Source: Candidatus Lokiarchaeum ossiferum (GTDB lineage: Archaea > Asgardarchaeota > Lokiarchaeia > Sigyniarchaeales > Promethearchaeaceae). From it: a stretch of DNA of 32,000 bases. The notes below the pieces were generated by a model. That model saw only the letters and a program-made list of their open reading frames with translations. It was not told the DNA's origin and did no database searches. The stretch is taken from assembly GCA_025839675.1 (NCBI GenBank), contig CP104013.1:1980001-2012000 (forward strand). The letters run 5' to 3'. This document shows, piece after piece, positions 16,205 through 25,169 of the stretch (positions within the stretch are counted from its first letter, which is position 1; the number at the start of each line of letters is the position of its first letter). Both the position numbers and the translations under genes were made by a program.

Positions 16205-16728
16205 TACGCGGAACCCTCCTCTTTTTCTTTAATTGTATTTTCAATACCGGTCGCAGCCATAATTGCTTTCACTTCATCAACGGGAATCGCTGGAGGCAAT
16301 CCAATACCCAACTTTTCACGTCGTTTATTTATTGCGGGTTGCACAGGAATTGCCATCCCATTATCGCGAATAGTTCGACACGATTGAGGATAGAATTCAG
16401 GTGTTGCTCCTGCAGCACAAGCTGCGTTTTTTAATACACAAATAATCTCCGTAATTGGAATTTCGGCAGGGCACATTTCATCACATGTTTCACATGCGGT
16501 GCAGCCCCATAATGCAAATGGGTCTCGTCCCACTGCAGCAAATAGTGCTTCCTTATACCCTAAGGCAGAGAAAAGCACCAAATCACGTGGATTATAGCGT
16601 GAACCATGTTGTTGACTAATGGGACATACGTCATTACAAACTCCACACTGCATACAGTATGATAATTTGTCTCCACCCATCATCAAATCCAAAACGGCTC
16701 GTTTTAAGTTTAAATCTGCTTTTACCAT
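16204..16728 (-). CDS. hdrC: Heterodisulfide reductase subunit C-like protein (2x[4Fe-4S] ferredoxin domain)
   Basis: 174 aa with two ferredoxin-type cluster motifs, CMQCGVCNDVCP and CTACETCDEMCP. A strong AAGGAGG Shine-Dalgarno overlaps the end of the upstream small-subunit gene. Confidence 0.85.
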   Translation of the reverse strand: MVKADLNLKRAVLDLMMGGDKLSYCMQCGVCNDVCPISQQHGSRYNPRDLVLFSALGYKEALFAAVGRDPFALWGCTACETCDEMCPAEIPITEIICVLKNAACAAGATPEFYPQSCRTIRDNGMAIPVQPAINKRREKLGIGLPPAIPVDEVKAIMAATGIENTIKEKEEGSA

Positions 16729-16740
16729 TTTTATTCCTCC

Positions 16741-18093
16741 TTATTTTTCCTCCAATTTATGCCCAAGGGTGCTAGTAGGCACACAAAATCGGGCAAATAA
16801 TCCCGCAGGATCAGAGAAGAATTTCTTAATATTTTCAGGGGAATCCCGACAAATTGAAGGGAACAAGCTCATAGCTTTGGCTGCGTAATCATCAACATTT
16901 ACTGCAGGACCATAACAACCTAAACAGGGAGAATTGGCGCGCGGACAGGTTGCTCCACAACCACCTTTGGTGATCGGCCCCATACACACATACCCTTGAA
17001 TTAAGAGACATTTATCTTGATCTGGGAAACCTTCATAATCACGTTTATATCGGACTACTTCTTTATTTTCCACATTCCGTTCACAAGCAGAACACACAGT
17101 CTTGGCAGAATCATCATAATCAGGATTATCTTTTAAATTGGCCATAGAAGCACCAATAATATGATTCACCATCTCAGGATAACCTTCGGCGGTGTAATCT
17201 ACAATTTCTTTATTGTTAAAAGTTTTCATCTTGATTGACTCTGGATCTAATTTCACGGCACGAATTGGATCTGCTTTACCAACCAAATAACCTAAAGGTA
17301 CAGATGAAAGAGTCATCATTAAAGCAGTGACAGTTTGACTTACTTCGTCTTTGGTCAATGGTTTTTCAGTTAGTTTTGCAAACAATTTATTGGCATTTCC
17401 TTCGTGGATTGCTTTGGTTAATCCGAATTCACCACTCACGGGATAACCTGCAGCAAGTTTTCCAATTGGATCTCCAGCAGCAGTAATAGGGCCATAACAG
17501 AGCGTTCCAGCATCCAATAAACAGTTTTCTAATGGGCAAACATCACACATACTTTTACTTGCATCAACCTTAGTATCTGGAGCACCTAATACATGAGCGA
17601 TTAGTCCAACAATGTTTCCTGGTTTTGGTGGACATCCCGGTAAATCAACATCAACTTTCACTTGAGTGTGGAGATCTGGAATAGCATCCATAAACTTAGG
17701 AACATGTTGATCAGGCACTTTGGCACCTGCATCAACGAATTCAGTATCTAAAAATTTTCGTTGGGTTAATTCTTCGATCGTATAGAGGTTAGCCAATCCA
17801 GGACATCCCCCTAATACAGCACAAGACCCCATTGCGACAATTATTTTGCATTTTTGACGCATTAATTTTGCATTCGCAAGATCACCTTCGGTTCGAATAA
17901 ACCCTTCTAAAAACCCAACGTCGACTGACCCATCTTCATAGCCTTCTAAATCTTTAATTTTGAAATCTACTACGGCTGGCCAATAGACAAACTCGAGTTC
18001 CGGTAATACATGCAAAAGCGTTAAATGCGAGTCAAGTAGGGATTGATGGCAACCCCAACAACTTGAAAGTTGCATAAAGCTACATTTTACCAT
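16741..18093 (-). CDS. vhuG: [NiFe] hydrogenase small subunit, group 3 MvhG/VhuG-like (unusually long)
   Basis: 450 aa. The proximal-cluster cysteines are in the expected contexts (MQLSSCWGCHQSLLD, AMGSCAVLGGCPG, DLPGCPPKPG). The C-terminal half is Cys-rich (CDVCPLENC...C, CSAC, C..C...GGCGATCP...PCLGC). There is no Tat or signal peptide, so the protein is cytoplasmic. A GAGGT Shine-Dalgarno lies upstream. Confidence 0.88.
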   Translation of the reverse strand: MVKCSFMQLSSCWGCHQSLLDSHLTLLHVLPELEFVYWPAVVDFKIKDLEGYEDGSVDVGFLEGFIRTEGDLANAKLMRQKCKIIVAMGSCAVLGGCPGLANLYTIEELTQRKFLDTEFVDAGAKVPDQHVPKFMDAIPDLHTQVKVDVDLPGCPPKPGNIVGLIAHVLGAPDTKVDASKSMCDVCPLENCLLDAGTLCYGPITAAGDPIGKLAAGYPVSGEFGLTKAIHEGNANKLFAKLTEKPLTKDEVSQTVTALMMTLSSVPLGYLVGKADPIRAVKLDPESIKMKTFNNKEIVDYTAEGYPEMVNHIIGASMANLKDNPDYDDSAKTVCSACERNVENKEVVRYKRDYEGFPDQDKCLLIQGYVCMGPITKGGCGATCPRANSPCLGCYGPAVNVDDYAAKAMSLFPSICRDSPENIKKFFSDPAGLFARFCVPTSTLGHKLEEK

Positions 18094-19045
18094 ACATTTT
18101 TACCTCTTACCAATTATGATTTAAATAGATAGTCAAATAACCCCATTAGTATCAGAAATTCGAATACATATCAAATCTCCAATTTTCATATCTAATTTAA
18201 ATAATTTTATTAGTTAAACCTCACAAAATCCCATAATTAGATTTTCTAAGGCAATACTATGATATAGTGTAGGACAAGACTCCTTTTAAGATTAATTTCG
18301 AGCTTTTTTTGAATAAAAAAGAAAAAACAATTGATCCAAATAGCGAATTCCATGCAGAAAAAAAAAAATACAATGCTAAATTTCGATAAAATCACTGAGA
18401 ATCATGAATAAATGAGGTAATTTTAATATTTTCTATAGATTTTATCTGAATGAGTATTCAAATAAACGCTAATTCGCTGTTACAATAGATTGAAAATAAA
18501 AATTGAAAATAAGTCCAGATATATTCAAAAAACATTATTCAATCTTCAAAGCTCGGAAACTTAAGTAAGCATAATAATTAGTTTTTTAATTTTTCAAAAA
18601 CCCCACCGCTATAAGTAATCATTTAAAGAAGATTCTACGAATTCTTCGATACACCCAACTTTATATCCGAGAAGTGTATTTATTATCGGAAGATATAATT
18701 CCCACATACTTTTAGAAATTAGATCTTTAAATAGATCCAGATATTCAGTTTTAATGCAGTTTCTTATTTCTATTTTAATAAAATTCTAATTGGGTTGCGA
18801 CATCCCTAATAACTTGCTTTCTAAAAATTCTCTAATTTCTTACAATAATTGAAAGGATGTTTTACATATTTTTTAAAAACAACTTGAGCCGAATGATTTG
18901 ATAAGCATCAGAAAAAGAGAATGGAATGAATTTACCAAAATATTTTTATAGATACAATTCAGTCACATATAATACATGCGTGTGATTGTATCGATTTAAT
19001 TCAGTTTCTCAATTCACACCATGTTGAATAGTATGGGGAAATTTT

Positions 19046-21238
19046 ATGAGAAGAAATAAAAAAATATTATTTTTGTTGGTTGTTGTGGGACTATCGCCAT
19101 TTTTGGTATTAAATGCAATTTCAACTGCTAGCGCGAATCCAGGGGAGGTTTCCAAAACGTTCACTTTCAATGCAGATTTCGAAGAAGGTGAAATGGTTGG
19201 AGTAGAATGTGAATCGATTCCAGATCAATTACAGTTATCCGAAGAAACGTCAACATTTTCCTATTTATGGATAGCCAATGCAGGAGAGGATACATTATCA
19301 AAATGGGATACCGAAACGAATACCGAAGTTGCTCGTTACAATACATGGTTTAGCACATATCCAGACCATGATGCATGGACAGGAGCATCACCGTCTCGCA
19401 CATGTGTGGATGGTGAGGGAAATTGTTACGTTGCCAACAGGCATTTTGATGGTAGACCCACGGATGTCATGAAAGTATTGGTCGATGAATGGATAGATCG
19501 TAACGGAAACGGGATTTTGGATACTTCTTTTGATGCAAATTTTAACGGAGAAATCACTCCCGATGAAATGCAACCTATGTTAGATGGAAATGGCAATGGA
19601 ATTATCGAGGATTCTGAAATTCAAGATGAACGAATAGCTTGGATAGTGAGAGTTGGAAATCCAAATGGTATTGGCAGATCTTTATCAATTGATCCTGAGG
19701 GAAATATCTGGGTAGGATTATATTCTTCCCGACAATATTATAAATTAGATTCCATTTCAGGAGACATTCTAGGAGGTCCATATACTACATTAGGTAGCAC
19801 ACCCTATGGATCATTAGTCGATAAATATGGTATTTTATGGAGCGCATCGCTTTCTAACAGACTATTCTGGTTAAATACATCGGATCCATCGCAGTGTGGA
19901 ATGTTCACAGAACCATATTGTAGTACATATGGGATGGCATTGAACTATGATATATTTGGAAACACAATAGTTTATTTAGCAGATTCATCAACCGGTAAGG
20001 GATATATTCAGTTTAATTCGAGTTCAAAAATATTTTCTATCGGACCAGTAGTAAAACCAAATATGCGAGTGACTGGGATAGCTACCGATTCCTATGGAAA
20101 TATAATTATCGCAAGTTATACGCAAGGATATCCAATCAAATATTCCCCTGAAGGAATTGAACTCTGGAGGAATTACTCTACACCAGTAACAGAAAGTCGA
20201 GGTGTGATCGTTGATGGAGAAAATAATATATGGTTGTGCCACAGAGCAATCAGTAAACTTTCTAAACACTTAGGAGAGAACGGTAACTATGTAGGATCAT
20301 ATGAAACTGGTCTATTTCCATACACGTACAGTGACGCAACAGGACTTTCGTACCAACAAAGTATTAGCCAAAATGGATATTGGAGAATTATTTTTGATTC
20401 TGAAGAAGATAATTCTAAATGGGGAAGAGTATCTTGGACGGATTATATCCCAGTAGGGGGAAATCTTGAAGTTCGGGTAAGAAGTTCCAATGATGGATTA
20501 AGTTGGACAGGTTGGGAATACGTATCGAATAATATCTTCTTTGATTATATTCCAGATGGACGATATTTGCAGATCGATGTCAAATTTGAAATTGGAGATG
20601 AGGATCTCTCTCCAATCCTCTATGATTTAACAGTTCAAATCGGAGATCCGAAATCATTGAAAATGGAAGCTAAAAATATTTTGGAGGATCTTCACACAGG
20701 AATCCGTTGCATAGATGTAAACACACGAAATATAATTCATCAAATAGAATTAAGCTTATGTGGTAGATTATGGAAAGATGAGTCTCATTTAGATTTCAAG
20801 CACGGAGACCAAGTATTTGTCCATGAACGAAATGCAGTTAATCACATGGAAAAGATGATTGCCAAATATCAACGAATTATTGATGCCTATGAGGAACCAT
20901 TACCTACGATCATGTTGGAGAAGTCACTTTCAAAAATTGACCCAACAATACTAATTCCTCTTTTAGAAAATGTCATCATCACCTATGAAAAAGTGTGTAA
21001 ATATTTGACTATGGCAGATATGATTTTAGCTCAAATTGCCTCTGAAGAATCGGCAGCATTGCCAATTACTTCAGGAAAATGGGAAACCAGAGTGGAAATG
21101 TATTTAGAAAAGAGTACAAATTCACTGTTCACTGGAAATGAACAGTTTGAGCAAGGAGAATGGGAAAAAGCTGTAAGTGAATATCGCGATGCATGGCGGT
21201 ATGCAATGGATGTTGAATTCTGGGCATTGAAGAAATAA
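19046..21238 (+). CDS. Secreted or surface multi-domain protein: signal peptide, about six-bladed beta-propeller with inserted EF-hand/dockerin-like Ca2+ loops, beta-sandwich, and alpha-helical C-terminal domain
   Basis: 730 aa. The N-terminus MRRNKKILFLLVVVGLSPFLVLNAISTASA-NPGE is a signal peptide with an AxA site. Blade-like motifs recur (GNCYVANRH, GNIWVGLYS, GILWSASLS, NTIVYLADS, GNIIIASYT, NNIWLCHRA). EF-hand-type 12-residue loops are present (DRNGNGILDTSF, DANFNGEITPDE, DGNGNGIIEDSE). A beta-sandwich-like segment follows (WGRVSWTDY...VRVRSSNDGLSWTGWEY...GRYLQIDVKFE...SPILYDLTVQIG). Confidence 0.6.
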   Translation: MRRNKKILFLLVVVGLSPFLVLNAISTASANPGEVSKTFTFNADFEEGEMVGVECESIPDQLQLSEETSTFSYLWIANAGEDTLSKWDTETNTEVARYNTWFSTYPDHDAWTGASPSRTCVDGEGNCYVANRHFDGRPTDVMKVLVDEWIDRNGNGILDTSFDANFNGEITPDEMQPMLDGNGNGIIEDSEIQDERIAWIVRVGNPNGIGRSLSIDPEGNIWVGLYSSRQYYKLDSISGDILGGPYTTLGSTPYGSLVDKYGILWSASLSNRLFWLNTSDPSQCGMFTEPYCSTYGMALNYDIFGNTIVYLADSSTGKGYIQFNSSSKIFSIGPVVKPNMRVTGIATDSYGNIIIASYTQGYPIKYSPEGIELWRNYSTPVTESRGVIVDGENNIWLCHRAISKLSKHLGENGNYVGSYETGLFPYTYSDATGLSYQQSISQNGYWRIIFDSEEDNSKWGRVSWTDYIPVGGNLEVRVRSSNDGLSWTGWEYVSNNIFFDYIPDGRYLQIDVKFEIGDEDLSPILYDLTVQIGDPKSLKMEAKNILEDLHTGIRCIDVNTRNIIHQIELSLCGRLWKDESHLDFKHGDQVFVHERNAVNHMEKMIAKYQRIIDAYEEPLPTIMLEKSLSKIDPTILIPLLENVIITYEKVCKYLTMADMILAQIASEESAALPITSGKWETRVEMYLEKSTNSLFTGNEQFEQGEWEKAVSEYRDAWRYAMDVEFWALKK

Positions 21239-21248
21239 AATATTGCTA

Positions 21249-21255
21249 TTTTTTT
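21249..21255 (+). terminator. Oligo-T tract after the beta-propeller gene
   Basis: A T7 run begins 11 nt after the stop codon at 21236-21238, and a second T6 run follows at 21259-21264. Confidence 0.35.
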
Positions 21256-21360
21256 CAATTTTTTCTTTCTACATAAATAATCGAAGATAGTTTAAAATTC
21301 AGTATCAAAAGCAATAACTAAGCATTGATATTACTAAAATTGAAAAATCCAGTTACCCAC

Positions 21361-24039
21361 CTAGGAAAAATAGATTACTTTCTCACGATTAGATTCCATA
21401 CCTTTTGAACCCCAATTTTTTGCAAGATTCCGACTTATTCCACTTATTAGCGAAAAGGTGGAAATTGATATCAAGATACTATTCACCACCAGTAATTCAA
21501 TCCAATCGATGCTTATGTACGGTCCCGAGTTCCTAGGGATATTGGGGATGCTCATATATTTTAGTTGGAAAGCGACGCTGTTTATTATCCAAGCAAATAG
21601 TAATCCACTTACGATTCCTATTATTAGTGCAAAGGATAATATGATGAAAGATTTTGCGAGTTCTATTCGAATAATACGCTTTTTTCTTATCCCACGTCCG
21701 AGTAAATTGTTTGTAATGCGAGCGTTATTTTTGAAAATTAGGAGTTGAATAATGATGATTTCTATAATAGTAATCATACCAATTAGCAAGAAATCTTTAT
21801 ATACTAAAGCATAAAACCCGGATTCCCCTAATTCGAAAGATAAATTGGCATCTTGGGAAGATAATAATGGATTATCGATTGAAATTCCTTCTTCACTTTC
21901 AAGATTGCTGAAAAAATTATTCGAATAGAGTTGAGAATTGAATGTCAAATTCGAAGCAACTAAAATAGATGCAAATATTGCAAAAATGGCGCAGATTTTT
22001 GACCAATTTCTCTCACGTAATAATTCTAAGTGTGTTAAAAGATGATATTCTTTAGAACAGATAAAAGCCATTTTTTGTGAGAATTTTGTGAATAGCTTGA
22101 CTTCATATTGAGAAAAATACTTTACTAAACCGTTGACGAAAAAACCCAATCCAAAGAATACTAATAAAATGAAGAGAGGCAATTCTTCAACCATAAAGTG
22201 GATGACATCGATAAGAGAATCAGGGAAAGCAACTTTCAAACTTATATATATTAATCCAAATGGAACAATGGTAAGTAACCCGAATAGGATGCTAAGGCGA
22301 GTCCACCAAGAGAGCTTTTTCTTGGTATAAATCTCCAGATCACTTGTTGATTTCTTCTTTTTTTGAGAGAACAGTCGTGTATTTTTCACTTTCTCCTTCT
22401 TTTCCACTTTTTTCTTCTTTTTCACTTTTTCCTTCTTTTTCTTTTTATCTTTAGAATCAAGATATTCTTCAGAGAAGCGATCATCCGGGTCAAAATCATC
22501 ATTTTCAATATTAAAATTTTCGGTATTAATCCGTAAAAATTCAAATTTCTTCAAATTCTTTATCGAAGGAACAAGCATAAGAATGTTAATTCCAAAACTT
22601 AACATCACCGCAAAAATAAGTGAGAAGGATGATATTTTGGGTAATAAACGAGTGCTATCCAAATTGAAGAAAAAGGGACCAATAATTTCTTGAAACCCAA
22701 AGAAAGGCAATATTCCAAACACAATACCGAGAAAGGCACAGATTGCACCATATAGTAAATGTTTTTGAATATTTAATCGGATTAAAACTATTGCCGGGAT
22801 TCCTTTTGCCCTTAGAGTTAGAATTTCATTTTGTTTCTGTTTAAAATTGAAATTTGTGAACATTTTACTAAACAAAATAGCGAAAAGAAGCAGAGGTAGG
22901 TTTAATAATTGTATTATGAAGCGAGTTTTGCTAAGATCTCGTTGAAAATTTGCAATTTGAAGCCCTAAGTAATCAACTAATGATTCATCCGGAGGAATAG
23001 ATAGAGTGAGTTTCGCAATCTTGGTTGAAAGAACCGTATATTGAGAAGTTAATTCATCATAATCCAAGGAACTTCGGTCATATATCAATATATATCCCGA
23101 ATGGGTCCAAGTACTGCGGTGATATCGGTAAGCCATATAATGTTGATCTATATCATAGTATAACCTTTGAAATGGGTGCTCCCAATCAGGTCCAGAGAAA
23201 TTGTACCAAGAGAATACTGCAGGTTTATCAATTTCAGTAGATTCGACGAATTCTTTTTTGAGTAAGTAATCATTATACACGTAAGAATAAGTAAAATCAG
23301 TTTGATCTACAGAAAAATGGGGGTAAATCGGAAGATATATTGCAGAAATACAGACATTCTCAATTTTGAAATCATAAAGGGTGGTTTGAACAGGTTTCTG
23401 ATAATTCGGATCCTCAAAAAAGATTCCAGTTTTGACAGAAATATTTGTGATTTGACCAACAGATACATTTAGTTTCAAAGCAGTCCCATAATCAAGCATA
23501 ATATCCGTATTTTGCTTGGGAACTTCACCGTCAACAATTATAAAGAATTCTGAAAATCGAGAAGAATTATAGAAATTATCTTCAAAGACAGCCAGTTGCA
23601 TTTCAGTTGCATTAATTTTTTTTTTGTATTCCGATTGATAGATAGATTTTGCAGCGAAATCGGAATTTTCATCATTACAAATAAATGATTCTTCCAGATT
23701 CACGATCCCATACCGACATATTTCCTGAAAGTCTATCTCACTATCATCCAGCACATCTAATATAGCATCATCATCATCCGCGAAAACTTTGGAATATTCT
23801 ATCCGAGGTAAGGAAATAATGCTTTGAGTCACAGTTACCCACCATTCTTGTGGATGAATGATTTCGAAATCACTTAAACTCTGAAAATTCTGATCAAAAT
23901 TATATTCTTGGCTTGCCTCATAAAAATAGCCCAATCCCGATACCATCGAGATTGAAATTGAAATAGATAACAATAGGATCCAATCCCGCTTCGCATCAGA
24001 TATAATTTGATTCCGATAGAATTTTCTCAGTTTAAACAT
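21361..24039 (-). CDS. FtsX-like (MacB-type) permease with two FtsX domains and a large extracytoplasmic domain
   Basis: 892 aa. After an N-terminal TM helix comes a soluble domain of about 330 aa. The first FtsX block is QNEILTLRAKGIPAIVLIRLNIQKHLLYGAICAFLGIVFGI. A poly-lysine linker follows (DKKKKKEKVKKKKKVEKKEKVK). More TMs lead to a second FtsX block (LLGRGIRKKRIIRIELAKSFIILSFALIIGIVSGLLFAW). No ABC ATPase gene is adjacent in this window. Confidence 0.65.
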   Translation of the reverse strand: MFKLRKFYRNQIISDAKRDWILLLSISISISMVSGLGYFYEASQEYNFDQNFQSLSDFEIIHPQEWWVTVTQSIISLPRIEYSKVFADDDDAILDVLDDSEIDFQEICRYGIVNLEESFICNDENSDFAAKSIYQSEYKKKINATEMQLAVFEDNFYNSSRFSEFFIIVDGEVPKQNTDIMLDYGTALKLNVSVGQITNISVKTGIFFEDPNYQKPVQTTLYDFKIENVCISAIYLPIYPHFSVDQTDFTYSYVYNDYLLKKEFVESTEIDKPAVFSWYNFSGPDWEHPFQRLYYDIDQHYMAYRYHRSTWTHSGYILIYDRSSLDYDELTSQYTVLSTKIAKLTLSIPPDESLVDYLGLQIANFQRDLSKTRFIIQLLNLPLLLFAILFSKMFTNFNFKQKQNEILTLRAKGIPAIVLIRLNIQKHLLYGAICAFLGIVFGILPFFGFQEIIGPFFFNLDSTRLLPKISSFSLIFAVMLSFGINILMLVPSIKNLKKFEFLRINTENFNIENDDFDPDDRFSEEYLDSKDKKKKKEKVKKKKKVEKKEKVKNTRLFSQKKKKSTSDLEIYTKKKLSWWTRLSILFGLLTIVPFGLIYISLKVAFPDSLIDVIHFMVEELPLFILLVFFGLGFFVNGLVKYFSQYEVKLFTKFSQKMAFICSKEYHLLTHLELLRERNWSKICAIFAIFASILVASNLTFNSQLYSNNFFSNLESEEGISIDNPLLSSQDANLSFELGESGFYALVYKDFLLIGMITIIEIIIIQLLIFKNNARITNNLLGRGIRKKRIIRIELAKSFIILSFALIIGIVSGLLFAWIINSVAFQLKYMSIPNIPRNSGPYISIDWIELLVVNSILISISTFSLISGISRNLAKNWGSKGMESNREKVIYFS

Positions 24040-24386
24040 TTTTATATTGTGTTACATTTCTGTCATGTTTAAATAATTTTGTAAAAAAAAGAATTTCTAA
24101 AATGATGAAAAACCATATTTTCATGAACAATTTTGATTTATTTTTGCAAGGAAGTCGAATCAATTTTGTGAAAAAAAAGAACACAATTGTCTCTAGAATA
24201 TATATTTTCAAACTTGTTGCTGGAGTAAATTCATGATCATTATTATTTCTTAATATTGGGAACGGAATACTGATCATTTCACTATTTATGCACCATATCA
24301 CTAGCATTCAATTCGTTTTGCTGCCTTGAGAAACTCAAAGGTAGAAAAATATAGAAGATCAGTGAAAATAAGAAAAAAATTAAAAA

Positions 24387-25034
24387 TTACATCAGTAGTA
24401 AATGTTCAATCAAAATTTTAATCCCTAGCCCGATAAGGACAATCCCACCGAAAATTTCAGCACGACTTTGAAACAAAGTTCCTAATTTATTACCAAACGA
24501 GTATCCAAATAATGAAAATCCCAAGGTTGCCCCAAAAATAATAATAATAGTCCAAAGTATAGGAAGATCGGTTGCAATTAAACTAATTCCGGCCGCTAAA
24601 GCATCGATACTAGTAGCAATACCCATGGTAAATAGAACCAGCAAAGTAAGATCTTTTTCTTCACATTCTCCACCATTATTGTGGACAATTCCTTCTTTTA
24701 GCATATGTCCACCAATGAACCCAAGTAATCCGAAAGCAATCCAATGATCGATAAAGGCAATCTGTTCGGCAAAAAAACTCCCCAAAAAATAACCTAATAG
24801 CGGGGTAGAAGCTTGCACGAACGCAAAAATAAATCCTACTTTCAATGCCATTTGCTTTTTATTCTCGGTAGCCTGAAGTCCGCAAGAAACAGATAAGGCA
24901 AGGCTATCCATACTTAATCCTATGCCAAGCATGAGCATTGATATGATAGTTGTAAAAGTGATCATTATAACAAGATATGGAATTAGAAGATTACCAATAA
25001 ATTTTTCCATTCCAAATTGGGAGGATTTTCCCAA
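24387..25034 (-). CDS. mntP: Manganese efflux pump MntP (DUF204 family)
   Basis: The ORF is collinear by eye with E. coli MntP: LGIGLSMDSLALSV, the duplicated ATSIDALAAGISL motif, HWIAFGLLGFIGGHMLKEG, and AEIFGGIVLIGLGIKIL. The true start could be M1 or M9 of the tracked ORF. Confidence 0.88.
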   Translation of the reverse strand: MGKSSQFGMEKFIGNLLIPYLVIMITFTTIISMLMLGIGLSMDSLALSVSCGLQATENKKQMALKVGFIFAFVQASTPLLGYFLGSFFAEQIAFIDHWIAFGLLGFIGGHMLKEGIVHNNGGECEEKDLTLLVLFTMGIATSIDALAAGISLIATDLPILWTIIIIFGATLGFSLFGYSFGNKLGTLFQSRAEIFGGIVLIGLGIKILIEHLLLM

Positions 25035-25169
25035 TATTTGAAGAGAAATCAGTTATGTTAACGATTTTTATAAATTTGGACATGGATATTATTTGTATAC
25101 TCCCCATACAAGTGGAACATCAATGATTAAATATTTTGGGAAAAAAAGGAAAATTCAAAATAAGGGAAT

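Noticed and set aside
18609-18788. 58-codon stop-to-stop frame on the minus strand inside the 950-bp spacer.
   Set aside because: It has no ATG or GTG near the 5' end (the first Met is mid-frame), no Shine-Dalgarno and no recognisable motif. It is kept only as a note within the spacer finding, not as a gene.
24032-24307. 91-aa minus-strand ORF upstream of the FtsX permease gene.
   Set aside because: It is a low-complexity AT-rich translation that overlaps the FtsX gene start and has no recognisable features.
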